This document shows, in pieces, positions 1 through 7,167 of a DNA stretch of 32,000 bases. The stretch lies in contig CP169074.1 of assembly GCA_041891055.1 (NCBI GenBank), positions 1,583,863 to 1,615,862 on the forward strand. The letters are read 5' to 3'. The translations under genes were made by a program, and so were the position numbers. The DNA is from Halorutilales archaeon Cl-col2-1. Its GTDB lineage: Archaea; Halobacteriota; Halobacteria; Halobacteriales; Afararchaeaceae. Every line of letters starts with the position of its first letter. Position 1 is the first letter of the stretch. The notes below the pieces were generated by a model. It worked only from the letters and a program-made list of their open reading frames with translations, was not told the origin of the DNA and did not search any database.

Positions 1-159
1 TGTGTTGACGTCAGCGACATCGACGTCGTACGCCGACTCTATCGCCTCGGATATCTCGGGCTTTGCGGCGTCTATGTCGACTATGAACTGCATCTTGTTC
101 TCGAAGTCCATCTGATCCATCGCCTTCTCCGTGATGTGGGGTCTGACTATTACGCTCAT
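1..159 (-). CDS. rpl23: Ribosomal protein uL23 (L23), N-terminal part only; the gene runs off the window start
   Basis: Not in the ORF track because it is truncated. The reverse complement of 1-159 translates to MSVIVRPHITEKAMDQMDFENKMQFIVDIDAAKPEISEAIESAYDVDVADVNT, which is uL23-like. Its ATG (157-159) overlaps the L4 TGA (156-158) as ATGA. Its position after L3-L4 matches the conserved operon order. Confidence 0.85.
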   Translation of the reverse strand, partial: MSVIVRPHITEKAMDQMDFENKMQFIVDIDAAKPEISEAIESAYDVDVADVNT

Positions 160-905
160 CTTTCGTCTAGCACCTCGAGTGCTTTCTCTGTCCAGACCGT
201 GAGTCTTCCTCCGACGCCTCCGGGTGCGAGATCCCTGACGTCGACGTCCTCGGCGGAGACGACGTCGGCACCTGCGAGGTTTCTCGCCGCCTTGTAGTCG
301 TTCATCGCCGTCACGAAGAGTATGCTCTTGGGTCTCCTGTACTTCCTGCCTCTCGTCGTACCCTGTCCCGCACGTACCTTCCTGTCGTCGGCTCTCTCTA
401 TGTCGTCGTAGAGACCGATCTCCTTCAGAACGTCGACAACTTCCTGTGTCTTCACGAGATCCTCGAACCCTGCGTCGACTACTACGGGAAGATCGAGGCT
501 GTCGTCGAATTCGTGTCCCCTCTCGGCGACTACCTCGGAATCAGCCGTCGCGGCTACGGCACTTCTGACAGCCTTCTTCCTCTCCTTGTCGTTGATGTCC
601 TCGCCGATATTCTTCTCAGCCTTCGGGGGATGTGCTCGTCTTCCGCCTACGACGTGGGGTGAACGCGCTGCTGTGTTCGAGTTCTTCACTCTCGGAACCT
701 GTGCGGCTCCTCTTCCCTTACCCCAAGACTCGGCACTCGTCCTCTTCCCTGCGAATGGGTCTGCGCCGTAGGGCTGCTTCGCGTTCGCCTCGGCTGAGTG
801 GAACGCCTTCTTTATGATGTCGGGACGGTACTCCTCCTCGAATGTGTCGGGGAGATCGATCGTCTCGTTCTTTTCTCCGTCTACTGTGTATACGTCTGCT
901 TCCAT
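156..905 (-). CDS. rpl4: Ribosomal protein uL4 (L4)
   Basis: 249-aa ORF. Motifs such as PYGADPFAGKRTSAESWGKGRGAAQVPR and GQGTTRGRKYRRPKS are typical of archaeal L4. It lies between L3 and L23. Confidence 0.95.
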   Translation of the reverse strand: MEADVYTVDGEKNETIDLPDTFEEEYRPDIIKKAFHSAEANAKQPYGADPFAGKRTSAESWGKGRGAAQVPRVKNSNTAARSPHVVGGRRAHPPKAEKNIGEDINDKERKKAVRSAVAATADSEVVAERGHEFDDSLDLPVVVDAGFEDLVKTQEVVDVLKEIGLYDDIERADDRKVRAGQGTTRGRKYRRPKSILFVTAMNDYKAARNLAGADVVSAEDVDVRDLAPGGVGGRLTVWTEKALEVLDER

Positions 906-909
906 TCTA

Positions 910-1902
910 TCACCTGCTTATGTACTCGATCTCGGGGTCGTATCTGTTCTCGCCCTTCGGACGCACGGGCTTGCGCGTCCTCACGAGACGTTTCTTGGGA
1001 CCCGGAACGCTGCCCTTGACGAGCATGTATCCCGACTTGACCTCTCCGTAGTCGGTGATACCGCCCTCGGGTGTGACTTCTTTGCCATCGTCTCCCGTCG
1101 AGAGGAGGCGTTTGTTGACCTCGGTTCTCTGGTGGTATCCCGTCTGTCCCTGCTGAGGAACCGTCGAACGTACACGTGACGGATGCCACGGACCGAGGTT
1201 GCCTATTCTGCGCTTGTATCCCTGTCGGGCGTGCTTGCCCTTTCTTAGCTGGACTCCCCAGCGCTTTACGGGACCCTGTGTACCCTTACCCTTCGTGATC
1301 GAGGAGACGTCGAGGTACTCTCCGTCCCTGTGTATCTCGTCGGGCTCCACCTCGTCACCGAGGAGTTCGAGACCGTGTTCGAGACGGTCTTCGACTGAGC
1401 CGCCTCCGATACGTGTCTCCATCACGTCGGGTGTCCTCCTCGGGACGTTGGCGAGGTTGGGTAAGGTGTAGGTTATCGCTCTTATCTCAGAGACCTCGTC
1501 GATTGAGTCTCTTATCTTTTCCTCGGCACTCTCGGGGTCGTGCCCCTCGGGCACGTTGAGAGCGCGGTCTATTCCGTCGTTTGTGTCGAAGCTGTCCGTC
1601 CATACCTCTGTGAGCGGACGCTTTCCGTACGGTGTGTCTCGGTACGCCCTTACGGCTCCGATCTTTATCGGGGGCGTTTCGAGTATAGTAACCGGCACAC
1701 TCTCCGTCATACCTTCACGGGGTGAGTCGGGCTTGTCGTTGACCATTAGAACGTGGGTCATGCCCGCCTTGTATCCCGCGAAGCCCTGTAGCTCCGTCGT
1801 GTCGGATTCGGGCCACGAGCGGAAGTTCGGAACCTCCGACTCCGCTCTCTTTCTGGGACCGAATCCCTTGGATCCGCGTCTTGGTTTTGATGGAGTAGGC
1901 AT
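910..1902 (-). CDS. rpl3: Ribosomal protein uL3 (L3)
   Basis: 330-aa ORF. FAGYKAGMTHV and KGKGTQGPVKRWGV are archaeal L3 hallmarks. It is the first gene of the L3-L4-L23 operon. Confidence 0.95.
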   Translation of the reverse strand: MPTPSKPRRGSKGFGPRKRAESEVPNFRSWPESDTTELQGFAGYKAGMTHVLMVNDKPDSPREGMTESVPVTILETPPIKIGAVRAYRDTPYGKRPLTEVWTDSFDTNDGIDRALNVPEGHDPESAEEKIRDSIDEVSEIRAITYTLPNLANVPRRTPDVMETRIGGGSVEDRLEHGLELLGDEVEPDEIHRDGEYLDVSSITKGKGTQGPVKRWGVQLRKGKHARQGYKRRIGNLGPWHPSRVRSTVPQQGQTGYHQRTEVNKRLLSTGDDGKEVTPEGGITDYGEVKSGYMLVKGSVPGPKKRLVRTRKPVRPKGENRYDPEIEYISR

Positions 1903-1905
1903 ATC

Positions 1906-2778
1906 TTAAGTCCTCCTTGTCTTCGTCTTGTCTTGCACTCTTGCTATGTTGAGTACGGCGAGTGACGAGAAGACCGCCTCCTCGGTTCTCACCGTACGTG
2001 TACCCTGATCGGGTACTGTGTTAACTGTCAGGTCGAAGCTTTCGGACGGCTGGTCGACGGAGTAGTACTCCCTCAGAATACTGTAGACACCTCGTCCGGG
2101 TGCTCCGAATACGACACCTATCTCGTTCTCGTCACCGTCTCGTTTCCGGGTCTCTTCTGTACTACGGATCTCGTCCAAGTCTACTGTCTCTCCTTTACGA
2201 GACGTGGCTACTACTGTGCCGTCGGTGTCGTCGATCCAGTCGACGAGCGAGGATCTCGTGACCTCGTATCCCCAGTAGTCGGGGACTTCTTCCTCGTCGA
2301 CTATCTCGGCTCTCAGAGGCTCTCTCGAATGTATTCTGAGGGTAACGCGTTCGCCCTCACGTACGTCTTGCGTCGTACGTAGAGCGACCGGGTGTTGCAG
2401 TCCGCAATTGACCCGTACGCGTCCGTCAGAGCCGATCTTACTCACTACGCCCTGTCTGTACTGGCTTACATCACGACTGCGTTCGCTGTCGGAACGCGAG
2501 ACTGTATGCGGCGGTATCTGAAGCGGCGGCATGACGCCCGCGTACCTGAGCTCTTCACGCCTTTCGAAGACGTGTTTCCTCAGATAGGGGGGCGTCACCG
2601 CGTATTCGAGGAGTAGACTGATCTCGTCCGCCTCGTCGGGGTCGTCGTCGAAGACGACCACCTCGTCACACCGAAAGACCGAGGCAGCGCGCGCGATCTC
2701 GCCCACTTTGTAGGCTTTCCTGCGTCCGCTTTCGGTCTCCGATGTCAGAGACGCCGGGATCAGTAACGTAACTCGCAT
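1906..2778 (-). CDS. SPOUT-class putative RNA methyltransferase (DUF171 / C9orf114-SPOUT1-like)
   Basis: 290-aa ORF. The N-terminus TLLIPASLTSETESGRRKAYKVGEIARAASVFRCDEVVVFDDD matches the DUF171 signature as I remember it (LPGSIL..AQS..L+TY..GQIARA.AIF.VDEIVVF). It sits 4 nt upstream of rpl3, a common archaeal arrangement. Confidence 0.65.
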   Translation of the reverse strand: MRVTLLIPASLTSETESGRRKAYKVGEIARAASVFRCDEVVVFDDDPDEADEISLLLEYAVTPPYLRKHVFERREELRYAGVMPPLQIPPHTVSRSDSERSRDVSQYRQGVVSKIGSDGRVRVNCGLQHPVALRTTQDVREGERVTLRIHSREPLRAEIVDEEEVPDYWGYEVTRSSLVDWIDDTDGTVVATSRKGETVDLDEIRSTEETRKRDGDENEIGVVFGAPGRGVYSILREYYSVDQPSESFDLTVNTVPDQGTRTVRTEEAVFSSLAVLNIARVQDKTKTRRT

Positions 2779-2960
2779 ACGCCGGTTAGCCGCTTACCGC
2801 ATTAGTCTCTGTCGGTATGGGGTAAGTTCGCCTTCCTACTTTGATAAGGCTGTCGTTCGAGAGGGTCTTTGGGAGGCTGTGTCAGGCACGTCTCGGGCAA
2901 CCGTCGAAAACCGTAATGGTTTATTAGCGAAAAGGACAGTTTGAGACAGGTGAGTAACTC

Positions 2961-3230
2961 TTGAAACATCAGACCATCCGGGACGACTCGGGCAGACGGA
3001 TCAAGCTCGGGATTCCAGACCACGCCGACGACGAGGAGATGGCGGCTCTCTCGGCTGCTGTGTCGGCTCTGATATCCGCACAGGAGACAGAGGAAGAAGA
3101 GGAAGAAGAAGAGGTAGACTCGTGGAAGATGTCGGGTCGTTACGCCACCGTCGGAGAGAGGGGCAAGAAGACTCCGAAGGGTCTCACGGCTTCCGGATGG
3201 AAACTTTCATCAAGAGCTGACAGGTTCTAA
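2961..3230 (+). CDS. Small acc-operon protein resembling the acyl-CoA carboxylase epsilon subunit, with a poly-Glu tract
   Basis: 89-aa ORF with a TTG start, ending 16 nt before the biotin carboxylase gene. The pattern IKLGIP....EEMAALSAAVSAL ... W...R........GW..S.R resembles the AccE/PccE-type small subunit. Assigned from memory of the family pattern only. Confidence 0.5.
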   Translation: MKHQTIRDDSGRRIKLGIPDHADDEEMAALSAAVSALISAQETEEEEEEEEVDSWKMSGRYATVGERGKKTPKGLTASGWKLSSRADRF

Positions 3231-3246
3231 CTGAGGGATACAAAAA

Positions 3247-5031
3247 ATGACACAGTTTGACAAGGTTCTGGTCGCGAACAGAGGAGAGATCGCAATAAGG
3301 GTTCTGAGAGCATGTAGGGAGCTAGGCATAGACACCGTCGCAGTCTACTCGGAAGTCGACAAGGAGGCGAGACACGTTGACTACGCCGATGAGGCGTACA
3401 ACATAGGACCCGAGGCAGCGAGCGAGTCGTACCTCAATCAGGATAACATCTTCGAGGTCGCACACGAGGCTGACGTCGACGCTATACATCCTGGATACGG
3501 ATTCCTCGCCGAGAACGCTGACTTCGCCGAGAGATGCCGTGACGAGGGCATCGTCTTCATAGGTCCTCCCTCGAATGCGATGGACATAATGGCGTCTAAG
3601 ACGAAGGCGCGCGAGGAGATGAAGGAAGCGGGCGTTCCGCCCGTACCCGGTACGACAGATCCCGCCGAGTCGGTCGAGGAGGTCAAGGAGTTCGGCGACG
3701 AGCACGGCTACCCTATCGCCATAAAGGCTGCGGCGGGAGGAGGAGGAAAGGGTCTCCGTATCGCCCACGACGAGGAGGAGGCGGAGGACGCCTACGAGGG
3801 CGCGAAACGTGAGGGTCGAGCCTACTTCGACGACGAGACAGTCTACCTAGAGAGGTACCTCGAGAACCCGAGACACATAGAGGTACAGGTTCTCTCCGAC
3901 AAACACGGAAACCACCTCCATCTCGGAGAACGTGACTGTTCGATACAGAGGGAGCACCAGAAGATAGTCGAGGAGACACCGTCGCTAGCGATAACCGACG
4001 AGGAGCGCGAGGAGCTCGGACAGACCGCGATAGACGCCGCCGATGCGGTCGACTACACGAGTGCGGGAACCGTCGAGTTCCTGTATGAGGACGGCGACTT
4101 CTACTTCCTCGAGATGAACACGAGGATACAGGTCGAGCATACCGTGACCGAGATGGTGACGGGAATAGACATCGTCAAGTGGCAGATCCGTATCGCCCAG
4201 GGCGAGGAGATCGACTTCGACCAGGACGACGTCGAGATAGACGGAGCCTCGATAGAGTGCAGAATAAACGCTGAAGACCCCTCACGCGACTTCGCTCCGA
4301 CGCCGGGTAAGGTCACTAACTACCACGCACCCGGAGGATACGGTGTACGTATGGACTCGGCTCTCTACAACGGCTACGAGATAGTCGGGTCTTACGACTC
4401 GATGGTCGGAAAGCTAATATCTTGGGGTGAGGACAGGGACGAAGCTATAAAGAGAATGAGACGTGGACTCTGGGAGCTACGTGTCGACGGCGTCACGACT
4501 AACGTTCCGTTCCTAGAGCTCATACTCCACGACTCGACCTTCGTCGCCGGAAACGTCACGACCAACTACTTCGACGAGCACATCGACCAGGAGGACATCG
4601 AGAGAGCGATGGAGGAGCTCGATGTCATAGACGTCGTCCAGGATGAGGAAGAGGGCGTCGTCGTACAGCGCGAGTTCAAGGCTGAGGTCAACGGCAAGCT
4701 CTTTAACATAAACCTCGCCGAGATAGGAGCGGGAGACATAGACGAGCAGAAGGAGAAACAGGAGAAGAAGAAGAAGAAACGTGCCGAGCGCGAGAAGAGG
4801 GAAGCCGAGACCGAGGCGGGCGAGGTCGTCTCCGCCGAGATGCAGGGCACCATCGTCGAGGTCAACGTCGAAGAGGGCGACGAGGTCGAAGAGGGCGACG
4901 TGATCTGTGTCCTCGAAGCCATGAAGATGGAGAACGACATAATCACCAACACCGCCGGAACGGTTCAGGAGATAGCAGTCGAGGAGGATCAGGACATCGA
5001 CATGGACGACCTGATCGCAGTCATCGAATAA
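3247..5031 (+). CDS. Acyl-CoA (acetyl/propionyl-CoA) carboxylase alpha chain: biotin carboxylase fused to a biotin carboxyl carrier domain
   Basis: 594-aa ORF. It has the biotin carboxylase N-terminus KVLVANRGEIAIRVLRAC, an ATP-grasp core (IKAAAGGGGKGLR, EMNTRIQVEH) and a C-terminal biotinyl domain with the EAMKMEN attachment motif. The two parts are joined by a K/E-rich linker. Confidence 0.93.
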   Translation: MTQFDKVLVANRGEIAIRVLRACRELGIDTVAVYSEVDKEARHVDYADEAYNIGPEAASESYLNQDNIFEVAHEADVDAIHPGYGFLAENADFAERCRDEGIVFIGPPSNAMDIMASKTKAREEMKEAGVPPVPGTTDPAESVEEVKEFGDEHGYPIAIKAAAGGGGKGLRIAHDEEEAEDAYEGAKREGRAYFDDETVYLERYLENPRHIEVQVLSDKHGNHLHLGERDCSIQREHQKIVEETPSLAITDEEREELGQTAIDAADAVDYTSAGTVEFLYEDGDFYFLEMNTRIQVEHTVTEMVTGIDIVKWQIRIAQGEEIDFDQDDVEIDGASIECRINAEDPSRDFAPTPGKVTNYHAPGGYGVRMDSALYNGYEIVGSYDSMVGKLISWGEDRDEAIKRMRRGLWELRVDGVTTNVPFLELILHDSTFVAGNVTTNYFDEHIDQEDIERAMEELDVIDVVQDEEEGVVVQREFKAEVNGKLFNINLAEIGAGDIDEQKEKQEKKKKKRAEREKREAETEAGEVVSAEMQGTIVEVNVEEGDEVEEGDVICVLEAMKMENDIITNTAGTVQEIAVEEDQDIDMDDLIAVIE

Positions 5032-5473
5032 CTTCGAGTATCTCCTCGGCGTGTCCCTCAGGCGACACGTCGTCGTATATCTTCTCTACTTTTCCTTCCT
5101 CGTCTATGACGTAGGTCTTCCTGAAGACGCCGTCGAAGCTGTTGCCGAACATCTTCTTCTCACCGTAGGCGTCGTACTCAGAGGCGACCTCGCCCGACTC
5201 GTCGCTCAGGAGGTCGAACGGGAGGTCGTACTTCTCCTCGAACTTCTTGAGGTCGTCGACTGGGTCGTCGCTGACACCTAATACCACGGCGTTCTCGTCT
5301 TCTAGGTCGTCGTATACGTCCCTGAAGCCGCAAGCCTCGGTCGTACAGCCCGGCGTGTCGGCGCGCGGGTAGAAGTAGAGGACGACCCATCTTCCCTCGT
5401 AGTCTGAGAGGCTGACTTCCTCGCCGTCCTGGTTCTCTAAGCTGAAGTCGGGTGGTGTGTCTCCTTCTTGCAT
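5021..5473 (-). CDS. bcp: Peroxiredoxin, Bcp/PrxQ type
   Basis: 150-aa ORF. FYPRADTPGCTTEACGFRD contains the peroxidatic Cys motif of Bcp. Its 3' end overlaps the carboxylase 3' end by 11 nt (convergent). Confidence 0.9.
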   Translation of the reverse strand: MQEGDTPPDFSLENQDGEEVSLSDYEGRWVVLYFYPRADTPGCTTEACGFRDVYDDLEDENAVVLGVSDDPVDDLKKFEEKYDLPFDLLSDESGEVASEYDAYGEKKMFGNSFDGVFRKTYVIDEEGKVEKIYDDVSPEGHAEEILEVIR

Positions 5474-5696
5474 ACGTAGTAGTCGTACACAGATAGGGAT
5501 AAGTCTTAGTCCGGGAGAGGGTATATCTGACTAAAACCGGGAGTCTTCGTATAAAGTGGACGAGATAAACCGAAAACCGGCGGATCTGAACCACAGTCAG
5601 TTCACTAAACAGTATACCTCTGGTTCAGACTCCCGATAAATAAGATGAGGAGCGCTTCGCATGCCTCAACGGTGTCGACTCGCCAAATCAGTGTAG

Positions 5697-5891
5697 TGGG
5701 GTCGGAGGGATTTGAACCCCCGATCGACTGGTCTCCCCGGATACGTCCCTGTTACTCAGTCCTCCAGAGGTTCTTCAACGCCCGGGTTGATCAGACCCAA
5801 GCTCAGTAGACCAGTCTGGAGTTCATCAACGTAACGCGTGAGACGGTATTCCTCTGGAGCCAGTCGCCCTGCCGGACTAGGCCACGACCCC
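5697..5891 (-). tRNA. tRNA-Trp (anticodon CCA) interrupted by a roughly 121-nt intron at the canonical 37/38 position
   Basis: Minus-strand read, 5' part: GGGGTCG-TG-GCCT..GGGC-G-ACTGG-CTCCAGA, then the intron. 3' part: ACCAGT-CGATC-GGGGG-TTCAAAT-CCCTC-CGACCCC-A. The acceptor, D, anticodon and T arms all pair. The mature length is about 74 nt and CCA is not encoded. ORFs 5756..5962 and 5803..6024 overlapping it are spurious. Confidence 0.9.
5751..5835 (-). ncRNA. Box C/D guide RNA embedded in the tRNA-Trp intron
   Basis: Coordinates are given on the plus strand. Box C UGAUGA is at 5823-5828, box D' CUGA at 5803-5806, box C' UGAAGA at 5772-5777 and box D CUGA at 5756-5759. A terminal stem GUUAC/GUAAC closes the C/D pair. 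The 12-nt spacer before box D is complementary to the CUCCAGAG anticodon loop. The spacer before D' is complementary to AGACCAGUC on the 3' side of the anticodon stem. Confidence 0.8.
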
Positions 5892-5916
5892 TCCGTTGGT
5901 TCTTGTCGTAGCTCGG

Positions 5917-5922
5917 CTTTAT
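5917..5922 (-). promoter_or_regulatory. Candidate TATA box for tRNA-Trp
   Basis: The minus strand reads ATAAAG, ending 26 nt upstream of tRNA position 1. This is archaeal TATA-like spacing. It also argues against the ORF-track ATG at 5921 as the start of the next gene. Confidence 0.4.
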
Positions 5923-5971
5923 GGATTTCGGTTTCGCCATGCTCTTGATACTCGACTCCCATACGTCGAAC

Positions 5972-6673
5972 ATGAAACTGGGTCTCCTCAGCGTCTCACA
6001 CAACCCCGAGTACACCCACGACAACTTCGAGAGAGTATTTGTCGAGAACGGAGACGGAGTAGATATCGAGATGGAGATATACGACGTCCGTAGCCTCGAG
6101 TTCCCTGACCACGACGAGATAGATGTCGGAGTCGTGACGGGATCGAAGGCGAGTGTCTACGACGGTGACGACCACGGGTTCGTGGAGCCCCTCGCTGACT
6201 GGATACGCACAGCTGACGACGTCGACCTGCCGTGTCTCGGCGTCTGTTACGGACACCAGGCGATAGCCGACGCCCTCGGAGGAGAGATCGAACCCCTCTC
6301 CTACGACGATGTCTCGGGAGGCGTCGAACTCGGTTACCGCGACGTTGAACACACGGGAGATCCGATGTTCGACGGCGTGCCTCGGGGCTTCGTCTCTTTC
6401 CAGAGCCACGGTGACTACGTCTCCGAACTCCCCGACGGAGTCGAAGCCACCGCGACAAACGACGTCTGTGTCCAAGCACTCAGGTCGGGGTCGCTGTGGT
6501 CGGTACAGTTCCACCCCGAGGTCGATACCGACTACGCTCGGAAGCTCATAACTGAGAAGGAGCTGTCGGAGGAGGTCAGACACGACGCTCTCGACACGGT
6601 CACTCAGGAGAACTATGAGGCTTCACTCGAATCCCGCCGCGTCTTCGAGAACTTCGTCGAGACTTACAGGTAA
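5972..6673 (+). CDS. Class I glutamine amidotransferase (GMP-synthase-like GATase domain protein)
   Basis: Nucleophile elbow LGVCYGHQAIA and the QFHPE His/Glu motif are present. I prefer the ATG at 5972 (MKLGLLSV...) over the track start at 5921, because 5921 overlaps the tRNA-Trp promoter region. Confidence 0.75.
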   Translation: MKLGLLSVSHNPEYTHDNFERVFVENGDGVDIEMEIYDVRSLEFPDHDEIDVGVVTGSKASVYDGDDHGFVEPLADWIRTADDVDLPCLGVCYGHQAIADALGGEIEPLSYDDVSGGVELGYRDVEHTGDPMFDGVPRGFVSFQSHGDYVSELPDGVEATATNDVCVQALRSGSLWSVQFHPEVDTDYARKLITEKELSEEVRHDALDTVTQENYEASLESRRVFENFVETYR

Positions 6674-6709
6674 GCAAAGAGTTTAGACTCTAGAGACTCA
6701 ATCTTGTGT

Positions 6710-7084
6710 ATGTTCGAGGAAAGCATCCGTCACCGTATAGAGGAGGAAGGATCGGAGATAATGAGAGCTCTCGACGAGAAGAAGCCGCTTTCGGCTGACG
6801 TTCTCGAAAGCTCCGACGAGGTGATGGTACTCGTCGACCTGCCGGGCTGTGACAAGGAGACGATAGACCTCAACTTCGAGAGAGGGAGTCTCAAAGTCGA
6901 GGCGGTACGTGAGAAGCCCCTCGAAGAGGGGTTCCGGTACGTGAGAGAGACGAGGAACGATCTCTTCGAGGGTAAGGTTCCGATACCCACGAAGGTCTTA
7001 GCAGAAGAGGCGTCGGCGACCTACGACAACGGTCTCCTTGAGGTCAGGCTCCCGAAGGAGACGAAGGACATAGAGATAGAGTAG
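6710..7084 (+). CDS. Hsp20/alpha-crystallin family small heat-shock protein
   Basis: The C-terminal ATYDNGLLEVRLPK and the VLVDLPG...I.L strand pattern are typical of the alpha-crystallin domain. The ATG at 6710 is two codons inside the track's TTG start. TTTAGA lies about 28 nt upstream. Confidence 0.85.
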   Translation: MFEESIRHRIEEEGSEIMRALDEKKPLSADVLESSDEVMVLVDLPGCDKETIDLNFERGSLKVEAVREKPLEEGFRYVRETRNDLFEGKVPIPTKVLAEEASATYDNGLLEVRLPKETKDIEIE

Positions 7085-7167
7085 CGGAAAGACGAGTGGA
7101 GAGTCCGCGATGGGAATAGAGTACGTATCTGACCTAACTCAACCAATCTAATCTAACACCTCAAACT

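Noticed and set aside
2779-2960. A 180-nt spacer upstream of the acc small ORF, considered as a riboswitch or small RNA. Includes ORF 2802..3023 on the minus strand.
   Set aside because: I could find no convincing conserved-looking helices. It is more simply a divergent promoter region, with TTTATTA at about 2919. The minus-strand ORF has no motif and no plausible translation signals.
5756-6024. ORFs 5756..5962 and 5803..6024 on the minus strand, and the ATG at 5921 as the GATase start.
   Set aside because: They overlap the tRNA-Trp gene, its box C/D intron and its promoter. The RNA interpretation explains the sequence fully.
7085-7167. A CTAA-rich low-complexity spacer (CTAACTCAACCAATCTAATCTAACACC) with a 13-codon ORF.
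   Set aside because: It is too short and degenerate to call a repeat or a gene. It is probably just the promoter or leader of the ABC1 kinase gene.
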